Below are positions 50,784 to 59,500 of a stretch of DNA of 64,000 nucleotides, one piece after another (the first letter of the stretch is position 1; each line of letters opens with the position of its first letter). Where the stretch lies: the NCBI RefSeq assembly GCF_054482595.1, contig NZ_JBTHVH010000004.1. One strand, 5' to 3'. The DNA comes from a plasmid. Made by a program: the position numbers and the translations under genes. Below the pieces are notes generated by a model that was not told the origin of the DNA, made no database searches, and saw only the letters and a program-made list of their open reading frames with translations.

Positions 50784-51174
50784 AGTCAGCAGGTATTGTT
50801 ATGAAATGATGGTGGTTATTTTAACCCCTGTAGATGGCATCATTCGATGGCTGCCCCGAGGTTTTTCATGCTCTCCTATCTCATCTGCGCAAGGCAGAAC
50901 GTGAAGACGGCCGCCCTGGACCTCGCCCGCGAGCGCCAGGCGCACGAGGCCGGCGCGCGGACCCGCGCCACGGCCCACGAGCGGACGCCGCAGCAGGAGC
51001 GCCAGAAGGCCGCCAGAGAGGCCGAGCGCGGCCGTGAGGCTTGGACGCTAGGGCAGGGCATGAAAAAGCCCGTAGCGGGCTGCTACGGGCGTCTGACGCG
51101 GTGGAAAGGGGGAGGGGATGTTGTCTACATGGCTCTGCTGTAGTGAGTGGGTTGCGCTCCGGCAGCGGTCCTGA

Positions 51175-51825
51175 TCAATCGTCACCCTTTCTCGGTCCTT
51201 CAACGTTCCTGACAACGAGCCTCCTTTTCGCCAATCCATCGACAATCACCGCGAGTCCCTGCTCGAACGCTGCGTCCGGATCGGCTTCGTCGAAGGCGTC
51301 TATCGCGGCCCGCAACAGCGGCGAGAGCGGAGCCTGTTCAACGGTGCCGCCGCGCTCGCCGGCATCGCTGTCGCCGGCCTGCTCCTCAAGCACGGCCCCA
51401 ACAGTGAAGTAGCTGATTGTCATCAGCGCATTGACGGCGTCCCCGGCCGAAAAACCCGCCTCGCAGAGGAAGCGAAGCTGCGCGTCGGCCGTTTCCATCT
51501 GCGGTGCGCCCGGTCGCGTGCCGGCATGGATGCGCGCGCCATCGCGGTAGGCGAGCAGCGCCTGCCTGAAGCTGCGGGCATTCCCGATCAGAAATGAGCG
51601 CCAGTCGTCGTCGGCTCTCGGCACCGAATGCGTATGATTCTCCGCCAGCATGGCTTCGGCCAGTGCGTCGAGCAGCGCCCGCTTGTTCCTGAAGTGCCAG
51701 TAAAGCGCCGGCTGCTGAACCCCCAACCGTTCCGCCAGTTTGCGTGTCGTCAGACCGTCTACGCCGACCTCGTTCAACAGGTCCAGGGCGGCACGGATCA
51801 CTGTATTCGGCTGCAACTTTGTCAT
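51175..51825 (-). CDS. tetR(A): Tetracycline repressor TetR(A)
   Basis: 216-aa product MTKLQPNTVIRAALDLLNEVGVDGLTTRKLAERLGVQQPALYWHFRNKRALLDALAEAM... Confidence 0.9.
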   Translation of the reverse strand: MTKLQPNTVIRAALDLLNEVGVDGLTTRKLAERLGVQQPALYWHFRNKRALLDALAEAMLAENHTHSVPRADDDWRSFLIGNARSFRQALLAYRDGARIHAGTRPGAPQMETADAQLRFLCEAGFSAGDAVNALMTISYFTVGAVLEEQAGDSDAGERGGTVEQAPLSPLLRAAIDAFDEADPDAAFEQGLAVIVDGLAKRRLVVRNVEGPRKGDD

Positions 51826-51930
51826 GCTTGACACTTTATCACTGATAAACATAATATGTCCACCAACTTATCAGTGATAAAGAATCCGCGCGTTCAATCG
51901 GACCAGCGGAGGCTGGTCCGGAGGCCAGAC

Positions 51931-53130
51931 GTGAAACCCAACAGACCCCTGATCGTAATTCTGAGCACTGTCGCGCTCGACGCTGTCGGCATCGGCCTGA
52001 TTATGCCGGTGCTGCCGGGCCTCCTGCGCGATCTGGTTCACTCGAACGACGTCACCGCCCACTATGGCATTCTGCTGGCGCTGTATGCGTTGATGCAATT
52101 TGCCTGCGCACCTGTGCTGGGCGCGCTGTCGGATCGTTTCGGGCGGCGGCCGGTCTTGCTCGTCTCGCTGGCCGGCGCTGCTGTCGACTACGCCATCATG
52201 GCGACGACGCCTTTCCTTTGGGTTCTCTATATCGGGCGGATCGTGGCCGGCATCACCGGGGCGACTGGGGCGGTAGCCGGCGCTTATATTGCCGATATCA
52301 CTGATGGCGATGAGCGCGCGCGGCACTTCGGCTTCATGAGCGCCTGTTTCGGGTTCGGGATGGTCGCGGGACCTGTGCTCGGTGGGCTGATGGGCGGTTT
52401 CTCCCCCCACGCTCCGTTCTTCGCCGCGGCAGCCTTGAACGGCCTCAATTTCCTGACGGGCTGTTTCCTTTTGCCGGAGTCGCACAAAGGCGAACGCCGG
52501 CCGTTACGCCGGGAGGCTCTCAACCCGCTCGCTTCGTTCCGGTGGGCCCGGGGCATGACCGTCGTCGCCGCCCTGATGGCGGTCTTCTTCATCATGCAAC
52601 TTGTCGGACAGGTGCCGGCCGCGCTTTGGGTCATTTTCGGCGAGGATCGCTTTCACTGGGACGCGACCACGATCGGCATTTCGCTTGCCGCATTTGGCAT
52701 TCTGCATTCACTCGCCCAGGCAATGATCACCGGCCCTGTAGCCGCCCGGCTCGGCGAAAGGCGGGCACTCATGCTCGGAATGATTGCCGACGGCACAGGC
52801 TACATCCTGCTTGCCTTCGCGACACGGGGATGGATGGCGTTCCCGATCATGGTCCTGCTTGCTTCGGGTGGCATCGGAATGCCGGCGCTGCAAGCAATGT
52901 TGTCCAGGCAGGTGGATGAGGAACGTCAGGGGCAGCTGCAAGGCTCACTGGCGGCGCTCACCAGCCTGACCTCGATCGTCGGACCCCTCCTCTTCACGGC
53001 GATCTATGCGGCTTCTATAACAACGTGGAACGGGTGGGCATGGATTGCAGGCGCTGCCCTCTACTTGCTCTGCCTGCCGGCGCTGCGTCGCGGGCTTTGG
53101 AGAAATTCTTCAAATTCCCGTTGCACATAG
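51931..53130 (+). CDS. tetA(A): Tetracycline efflux MFS transporter TetA(A), with a variant C-terminus (...RRGLWRNSSNSRCT)
   Basis: 399-aa product (GTG start) VKPNRPLIVILSTVALDAVGIGLIMPVLPGLLRDLVHSNDV... The last 9 codons differ from the Tn1721 copy at 36683. Confidence 0.85.
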   Translation: MKPNRPLIVILSTVALDAVGIGLIMPVLPGLLRDLVHSNDVTAHYGILLALYALMQFACAPVLGALSDRFGRRPVLLVSLAGAAVDYAIMATTPFLWVLYIGRIVAGITGATGAVAGAYIADITDGDERARHFGFMSACFGFGMVAGPVLGGLMGGFSPHAPFFAAAALNGLNFLTGCFLLPESHKGERRPLRREALNPLASFRWARGMTVVAALMAVFFIMQLVGQVPAALWVIFGEDRFHWDATTIGISLAAFGILHSLAQAMITGPVAARLGERRALMLGMIADGTGYILLAFATRGWMAFPIMVLLASGGIGMPALQAMLSRQVDEERQGQLQGSLAALTSLTSIVGPLLFTAIYAASITTWNGWAWIAGAALYLLCLPALRRGLWRNSSNSRCT

Positions 53131-53285
53131 CCCGGCAATTCCTTTCCCTGCTCTGCCATAAGCGCAGCGAATGCCGGGTAATACTCGTCAACGATCTGAT
53201 AGAGAAGGGTTTGCTCGGGTCGGTGGCTCTGGTAACGACCAGTATCCCGATCCCGGCTGGCCGTCCTGGCCGCCACATGAGGCAT
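53061..53285 (-). pseudogene. ISCR2 (IS91-family) transposase, 5' fragment
   Basis: MPHVAARTASRDRDTGRYQSHRPEQTLLYQIVDEYYPAFAALMAEQGKELPGYVQREFEEFLQ, then out of frame. Confidence 0.6.
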
Positions 53286-53396
53286 GTTCCGCGTCCTTGC
53301 AATACTGTGTTTACATACAGTCTATCGCTTAGCGGAAAGTTCTTTTACCCTCAGCCGAAATGCCTGCCGTTGCTAGACATTGCCAGCCAGTGCCCG

Positions 53397-53702
53397 TCAC
53401 TCCGCGGTCTTCACTGCGTGATCGAGTTGATCGACACCCGCCGTGACACGCTCCATGAAGTGCCTGCCTGCGTCTGTTAGCCGAACGCCCCGCGCATGGC
53501 GCTCAAATAGCAGGACACCAAGGTTATCCTCCAGCGCTTTCACACGCGCGCTGACGCTCGACTGGCTGATACCAAGTGCCTTGGCCGCATGCCGAAAATT
53601 CAGATGCTCGGCGACGGCGATGAACTGAACAAGGGAAATGAGCGGTATCCTGCCAGACAGGATACCGACATTCACGAGGTTTCGATGGTTAGTGCGCCGC
53701 AT
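53397..53702 (-). pseudogene. LysR-family regulator, N-terminal HTH fragment (floR-associated lysR)
   Basis: 101-aa product ...FIAVAEHLNFRHAAKALGISQSSVSARVKALEDNLGVLLFERHARGVRLTDAG... Confidence 0.6.
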
Positions 53703-53729
53703 CGGAGCGGGCCTGCTACCAGTCGTCGG

Positions 53730-54944
53730 TTAGACGACTGGCGACTTCTCGGTGGCAGCCCCACGGAGCCGAAGGAGCACCAGCCCCAACGAAACCAGTA
53801 CCGCCATCGCCGTGGCGTAACAGATCACGGGCCACGCTGTGTCACCGTTTAAAAGTGCCACCGCCAATGTCCCGACAATGCTGACTATCAGGCTTTGAAC
53901 GCAGAAGTAGAACGCGACCGCTGATCCCGCGATGTCGTCGAACTCTGCCAAAGCGCCGTTCGCGGTAACGGACACCGTGAAGACAATACCGACCGCGACA
54001 ACCCACATCGGTAGGATGAAGGTGAGGAATGACGGCGAGCCGTAAAGTTCGCCGATCCCCAACAGGACCGCTCCGCAAACAAGCAACGCCATCCCACGCG
54101 CCACGCATCCTGCGATGCCCCATCTGGCGACAAAGGACTTCGCGAAACGGGTTGTCACGATCATTACAAGCGCGACAGTGGCGAAGGCAAAGCTGAATCC
54201 GATCTCGGAATATTCCGCTTGGCCTATGAGCACACGGGTAGCCGTCGAGAAGAAGACGAAGTAGGTGCCCATACCGGCGCTAAAGCCGACAGTGTAAACC
54301 CAAAAAGCCGGACTCGCGAAGATCGGCAAGACAGATCGGCGCGTCTTGACTTGATCCAGAGGGCGGGTTTCGTGCCACCTGAAACCCGCATTTAGGAGTG
54401 CGAGCATCGCCAGTATAGCCAAAGTAATGAATATCGCCTGCCATCCCAAGAACTCGCCGATCAATGCTCCGGCGATAGGGCCGAGCGCAGGCACGAACGC
54501 CAGCATCGAACTGAAAAGGCCGTAGATGACGACACCCTCAGGACGGTTGGCATAAACGTCGCGAACCGTCGCGAACGTCGCCACCAGCATGGCCGACGCG
54601 CCCACTGCTTGAAGTAGACGGAAAGCGACAAAGGCCGGTGCAGTTGAAGACCAAGCTGCTCCCAGAGACGCAATGACGAAAGCCGTTGCGCCCGCAAGTA
54701 GAATTGGCCGTCGCCCGATTCTGTCTGAGAGCGGACCAAAAATCACCTGGCCCACGCCGAGCATCACCATATAGAGGCTCAACGTGAGTTGGATCATAGC
54801 GGGCGTCGTGTTCAGGATGCCGGGCATCGCTGGAACGACAGGGAGATAAATATCCATCGCCAGTGAAGCGAGGATGTCGAAAGGAGCCATCAGCAGCAGT
54901 GCTGCCGGCAGCGTATAGGCCCACGCGGGGCGTGTGGTGGTCAT
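53730..54944 (-). CDS. floR: Florfenicol/chloramphenicol efflux MFS transporter FloR
   Basis: 404-aa product MTTTRPAWAYTLPAALLLMAPFDILASLAMDIYLPVVPAMPGILNTTPAMIQ... Confidence 0.9.
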   Translation of the reverse strand: MTTTRPAWAYTLPAALLLMAPFDILASLAMDIYLPVVPAMPGILNTTPAMIQLTLSLYMVMLGVGQVIFGPLSDRIGRRPILLAGATAFVIASLGAAWSSTAPAFVAFRLLQAVGASAMLVATFATVRDVYANRPEGVVIYGLFSSMLAFVPALGPIAGALIGEFLGWQAIFITLAILAMLALLNAGFRWHETRPLDQVKTRRSVLPIFASPAFWVYTVGFSAGMGTYFVFFSTATRVLIGQAEYSEIGFSFAFATVALVMIVTTRFAKSFVARWGIAGCVARGMALLVCGAVLLGIGELYGSPSFLTFILPMWVVAVGIVFTVSVTANGALAEFDDIAGSAVAFYFCVQSLIVSIVGTLAVALLNGDTAWPVICYATAMAVLVSLGLVLLRLRGAATEKSPVV

Positions 54945-55051
54945 GACGAATCAACCCTCGATTAAGGAATACCGGGCGACGTCTGCTCGTCAGCAATCAG
55001 ATGAGACTAGCCTTACAGAGCGCCGCAACAACAATACTGGTTGTTGCGGCT

Positions 55052-55081
55052 TACTTGTCTGCTGACTTGGAATTTCCCATC
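55052..55081 (-). promoter_or_regulatory. floR leader peptide MGNSKSADK (cmlA-type attenuator)
   Basis: atgggaaattccaagtcagcagacaagtaa, followed by the inverted repeat gccgcaacaacc / ggttgttgcggc. Confidence 0.55.
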
Positions 55082-55160
55082 TGATTACTCCACGCTTACG
55101 AATATGAATTGCTACATTTTATCCGATTATCTTTTGCTTCGCAATGCGGCATGGGCGCAC

Positions 55161-56045
55161 TCAGCGTTCCAGCCCCCTCTGCCGCCCTAACTGCCACGAC
55201 ACCGACCCGCCCTGCACGATGCCCATAACCTCGCGGCCGAGTTGGCGGTCGATGATCGGCCGCCACGGGACAAGGGTGAACTCATGGGATTTCTCGACCA
55301 CGGCGAACTTGCCGCTCGATAGATGCACGGTTCCGGTAAACTTGCCGCTGACGCTCTCGCCGTCCGTGGCGGCGCGGAACGGCAGGCCCTTACTCAAAGC
55401 CATATCCGATCCGACGCCGGCTACCTCGCGCTCCCGCAGGATGGCGAGAAGGTTGCGCCGGTAGAAGACGCGGCTGTCCCGGCTGCGGGTGGCGTCGCCC
55501 TGTTCGATATGGTGCTCGCGGCGCTGGTCCATGGCTTCGCGGACTTGTTGCCCGAAGCCGGTTGGCGCAAGGTCGGCCGTCTCGCCGTGGATCAGCCGCC
55601 GGTCCAGCCAGGTCGCGCCGTCCGATCCGATCTGTTTGTTCAGATCGACCGGGGAAAGGACGCGAACGCTGGCCTGACTGTCTCGGCCGGCGTCATGGGC
55701 GGCGGCACGGCTGACCAGATCATCGGGGATGCGCCATTGGTCGGCGTCGATCCGCTCGACGATACCGGCCCGGCGTAGCGCCTCCAGCCGGCGCACATGG
55801 GCATCGACATAGCCCTCATAGTCGCCGCCTGGAACGCGGCACGTATAGGAAGAATAAACGCCCTTTTCACCCAAGTCCAACAGCTTTGGACCGCAGTTGA
55901 CTCTTTCGACACCCCTGCGATGCAACCCAATCCGGCTGACGGGGAGCCAGCAACGCTGAAAATTTACCCTCCTCTTTCCCACTAGCGGCTCCTTTTCCGA
56001 CAACCAGCACGGCGGATCCCTGCCGCGGCGCTGTGAACGCAGCAT
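55161..56045 (-). pseudogene. VirD2-like relaxase fragment (ΔvirD2 of the ISCR2-floR module)
   Basis: 294-aa ORF upstream of floR. Assigned from memory of the floR context. Confidence 0.5.
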
Positions 56046-56075
56046 TTTGATTGGTATCGTTGGCCTTCAGGCTCG

Positions 56076-56907
56076 TCAGTCAAACAGACCCAGGAGCAGC
56101 TCAGCCGGTGGCGCCCGGCTTTCGGGTAACGCCCTGGTCCCGCTGGTTTCGGCTTTGTGCTTCAGGTGATCAAGGATCTGCTTGATCACTATAGGGTCTT
56201 CAATGCAGGCGATGACTTTCATGGCGCCGCCGCAGCCGCTGCAGGTCTCGATGTCGATATTGAAAACACGCTTGAGCCGTTGCGCCCATGTCATCGACGC
56301 TCGCCGTTGTGCTGGTGTTGCCGGTTCATCAGCCACCCTGACCTTGTTGCCCCTGCCCCGTTTTGCCGGCGTGACCAACGCCCGGTGCCGACTGTTGGGT
56401 GCGAACACCCCGTGGAAGCGGGTTAGGTTGACTCTGGGCTTCGGTACCAGGGCGGCCAGCCTTGCAATGAAATCCAATGGTTCGAAAATGACGTGCGTGG
56501 TGCCGTCCCGGTACGGCGTCTTGAGCTGGTAGCGCACGTTGCCGCCTCGTGTTAACGACAGCCGCTTCTCGGATACCGCCGGGCGGCTGATGTACCGGCA
56601 CAGCCGTTCGAGCTTCTTGCGTTCATCGGCCCTGGCCGCCACGCCGGCGTGCAGGCTGGACCCGGCTACCTTGCCAATCCCGTCACCGAACGGATCACCA
56701 CTGGTCGGCAGAGTTTGCAAAGTGAACACCTTTCGCCCCGCCTGTGAACCGACAGCGATACGGTAAGTGATCGAGTGCCCCAGCAGGGGTGTCATCGGGT
56801 CGTCATCCACCGCATCCGAGGCCAGATAGCTGTTTTCGACATCCCGTTCCAGCAGGCCTTGCCGTTCCAGATAGCGACCCACCCGGTGGGCGATGGTGTG
56901 CGTCAGC
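56076..56907 (-). pseudogene. ISCR2 transposase, 3' portion, cut at its 5' side by the IS6-family element
   Basis: ...CSGCGGAMKVIACIEDPIVIKQILDHLKHKAETSGTRALPESRAPPAELLLGLFD (IS91-family C-terminus). Confidence 0.65.
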
Positions 56908-57726
56908 GGCACTGTTGCAAATAACCACGAATGGTAAGCTGAAGACTGTTTTAGCTAAAGGTGCAGCATATGAATCCTTTCCATGGTCGGCATTTTCAGG
57001 GCGAAATCATTCTTTGGGCTGTGCGCTGGTATTGTAAATATGGCATTAGCTATCGTGAACTGCAGGAAATGCTGGCCGAACGGGGTGTGAATGTTGATCA
57101 CACGACTATTTACCGTTGGGTTCAACGTTATGCTCCTGAAATAGAAAAACGTTTACGCTGGTATTGGCGTAATCCTACAGATCTGAGCTCGTGGCATATT
57201 GATGAAACCTATGTAAAAGTGAATGGACGATGGTCTTATCTGTATCGTGCAGTCGATCAACGTGGCGATACCATTGATTTTTATCTTTCTTCTAGACGTA
57301 ATACCAAATCAGCATATTGTTTTCTTGGAAAAATTTTAAATAATGTGAAGAAGTGGCAAATTCCACAAGTGATCAACACGGATAAAGCACCCACATATGG
57401 ACGTGCTTTATCACGGTTAAAACGGGAAGGTAAATGTCCACCAGACCTTGAGCACAGGCAGATTAAGTATAAAAATAACGTGATTGAATGTGATCATGGC
57501 AAGCTAAAGCGGATCATCAGGGCCACATTAGGATTCAAATCTATGAAGACGGCTTATGCCACAATTAAAGGTATTGAAGTCATGCGTGCACTACGTAAAG
57601 GACAAGCATCGTCATTTTATTATGGTCAGCCTCAGGGTGAAGTGTGTCTAATCAACAGGGTTTTCGGTCTCTAAGTACTTTTTAAAGGGAACATCATCGA
57701 CTCAAATCTCTATTTGCAACAGTGCC
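56908..57726 (+). mobile_element. IS6-family element distinct from IS26 (819 bp; IS1006/IS1008-like)
   Basis: IRs ggcactgttgcaaa at 56908 and tttgcaacagtgcc at 57713-57726. The 237-aa transposase is ~80% identical to Tnp26. Confidence 0.8.
56961..57674 (+). CDS. IS6-family transposase
   Basis: [93 protein letters not shown]... Confidence 0.9.
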   Translation: MQHMNPFHGRHFQGEIILWAVRWYCKYGISYRELQEMLAERGVNVDHTTIYRWVQRYAPEIEKRLRWYWRNPTDLSSWHIDETYVKVNGRWSYLYRAVDQRGDTIDFYLSSRRNTKSAYCFLGKILNNVKKWQIPQVINTDKAPTYGRALSRLKREGKCPPDLEHRQIKYKNNVIECDHGKLKRIIRATLGFKSMKTAYATIKGIEVMRALRKGQASSFYYGQPQGEVCLINRVFGL

Positions 57727-57728
57727 AA

Positions 57729-57758
57729 AAAAACCAACTTCAAGTTGGTTTTTCTTTT
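57729..57758. terminator. Rho-independent bidirectional terminator hairpin
   Basis: aaaaaaccaacttcaagttggtttttcttttt: a 9-bp stem aaccaactt/aagttggtt with T/A runs on both sides. Confidence 0.6.
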
Positions 57759-58091
57759 TTAATCATCAGTGGCGACCTTAACACCATATCCAATTAAACC
57801 TGCAAGGCTAGCATAGGCTATTTTGGCATAAATCGAACCCCACCAGACCGTAATTTTACTGGCACCAAATTCCCGAACCGTTTGCCCCATAAAATTAGTG
57901 GTTTCATAGAAATTTTTAGCAGAATAACCTAACGCAATATGATCAAGGACAGGGAATAAACTAAAAGCTAAACCTACTGCTGCTGCGGGGAAAGTAAACT
58001 CTCTTGATAGACCGAATTTTCCAGTAATAAATACAAGCGATACCACGATAATTAATCTAATGATAGTCCATAGCATCACTGTGAAAGGCAA
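57759..58091 (-). CDS. Hypothetical membrane protein (110 aa)
   Basis: ORF with 3 hydrophobic segments. Confidence 0.35.
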   Translation of the reverse strand: MPFTVMLWTIIRLIIVVSLVFITGKFGLSREFTFPAAAVGLAFSLFPVLDHIALGYSAKNFYETTNFMGQTVREFGASKITVWWGSIYAKIAYASLAGLIGYGVKVATDD

Positions 58092-58135
58092 GTTAAAGAT
58101 GCCTGCTCCCTGCCACGCAAGACCGCAAACAACTA

Positions 58136-58157
58136 GGGGTCGTCTCAGAAAACGGAA
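58136..58157. repeat. Tn21 IRtnp, outer 22 bp (IR interrupted by IS5075/IS4321)
   Basis: ggggtcgtctcagaaaacggaa. Confidence 0.75.
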
Positions 58158-59484
58158 TCTATGGTCACTCCCGTTTTTGCAACACCGATTTTGACGACAA
58201 GTTGGCTTGCTTGAATCTATCCGGCGTCTGAATGGGATTTTATTCCCGCGCCTCGATGAGTTCCGCGCCTGATGAACCTCCAGAAAATATACGGCTTCAA
58301 TGAGCCTTTCCGTTTTACAGGTTCCTCAACAGGCCGGTGGGCCGTTAGTATCATCAATATCAGTATTCGCAAAACCAGATGAATGATTGTTTAAACTGGT
58401 GTATTTCTGCCTTTATGCTTCGTAAGTTTGCTGTCGCGCCGTCAGTGCCCAGGCTATTCTGGCCAGCTTGTTTGCCAGAGCACAGGTGACGACAAAGTTG
58501 CTTTTCCGACACAACAACTCCCTGACCCAGTCGGCCAACTTGCCAGACTGGTGTTCCAGTTTTTGTATGAATACCCTGGCACACTGAACCAACAAAGTTC
58601 GGATCTTTTTGTTGCCCCGCTTGCTAATCCCTAACAATGTCGTCCGACCTCCCGTGCTGTACTGTCGGGGTACCAGCCCTGTTGCCGCCGCAAAGTCACG
58701 GCTGCTGGCGTACTGCTTCCCGTCGCCAATCTCAGTTGAAATAGTACTGGCAGTCAGCGTTCCAACGCAGGGAATACTCAGCAAGCGCTGTCCAACCTCA
58801 TCTTCGTCCAACTTTCGTTTCAACTGAGATTCCAGATCTTTAATCTGCTCAACAAGATAGTGATAATGCTGTTGTAATTTCAGCAGTAACTGGCTGAGAT
58901 AAAGAGGCAAACTACTGTCCTCAAGAAGGGTACTCAGTCGACTAATAACGGCAGCACCTCGCGGAACGCTGATACCAAATTCCAGCAGAAAAGCATGCAT
59001 CTGATTAGTTGTTTTCACCTTATCCTGAACCAGGGATTCACGGACACGATGCAGAGCTCGCATTGCCTGCTGAGATTCGGTTCTGGGCTGCACGAAACGC
59101 ATAGATGGACGTGATGCTGCTTCACAGATAGCTTCAGCATCAACGAAGTCATTTTTGTTGCTTTTAACGAATGGGCGGACAAATTGCGGTGATATCAGCT
59201 TTGGAAAATGCCCTAACTCTTCCAGCTTGCGTGCCATAAAGTGAGAACCGCCACAGGCTTCCATCGCGATGGTTGTTGCCGGGCATGTCGCCAGAAATTC
59301 GATTAGCTTTGGTCGGGTGAATTTTTTACGGTAAACGGCCTTCCCACGATGATCCTGACAATGAATATGGAAAGAGTTCTTACCCAGATCGATACCAATA
59401 AGCGCAATGTTTTCCATGATGGTTCTCCGAATGAAAGCCTGTCCTCAGCATAGTACTGGGAAGGAGGGAGTGACCATCTCATTA
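58158..59484 (-). mobile_element. IS5075/IS4321 (IS110 family, IS1111 group; 1327 bp) inserted in the Tn21 terminal IR
   Basis: 334-aa IS110-family transposase MENIALIGIDLGKNSFHIHCQDHRG... The IR halves GGGGTCGTCTCAGAAAACGGAA and AATAAAGCACGCTAAG flank a 1327-bp insert. Confidence 0.7.
58413..59417 (-). CDS. IS110-family transposase
   Basis: As above. Confidence 0.8.
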   Translation of the reverse strand: MENIALIGIDLGKNSFHIHCQDHRGKAVYRKKFTRPKLIEFLATCPATTIAMEACGGSHFMARKLEELGHFPKLISPQFVRPFVKSNKNDFVDAEAICEAASRPSMRFVQPRTESQQAMRALHRVRESLVQDKVKTTNQMHAFLLEFGISVPRGAAVISRLSTLLEDSSLPLYLSQLLLKLQQHYHYLVEQIKDLESQLKRKLDEDEVGQRLLSIPCVGTLTASTISTEIGDGKQYASSRDFAAATGLVPRQYSTGGRTTLLGISKRGNKKIRTLLVQCARVFIQKLEHQSGKLADWVRELLCRKSNFVVTCALANKLARIAWALTARQQTYEA

Positions 59485-59500
59485 AATAAAGCACGCTAAG
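59485..59500. repeat. Tn21 IRtnp, inner 16 bp
   Basis: aataaagcacgctaag. Confidence 0.7.

Larger units (their letters stand above)
48043..50858 (-). mobile_element. ISKra4-family element (ISKpn19-like, ~2.8 kb) carrying tnpA, a serine recombinase and a passenger ORF
   Basis: Terminal inverted GGGGCAGC... at 48043 and 50858 (reverse complement), enclosing three ORFs. Confidence 0.6.

Noticed and set aside
50834-51143. 67-98-aa ORFs in the GC-rich stretch between the ISKra4-family end and tetR(A)
   Set aside because: The composition is Arg/Ala-rich and GC-driven, and there is no RBS. The region is non-coding in remembered Tn1721 annotations.
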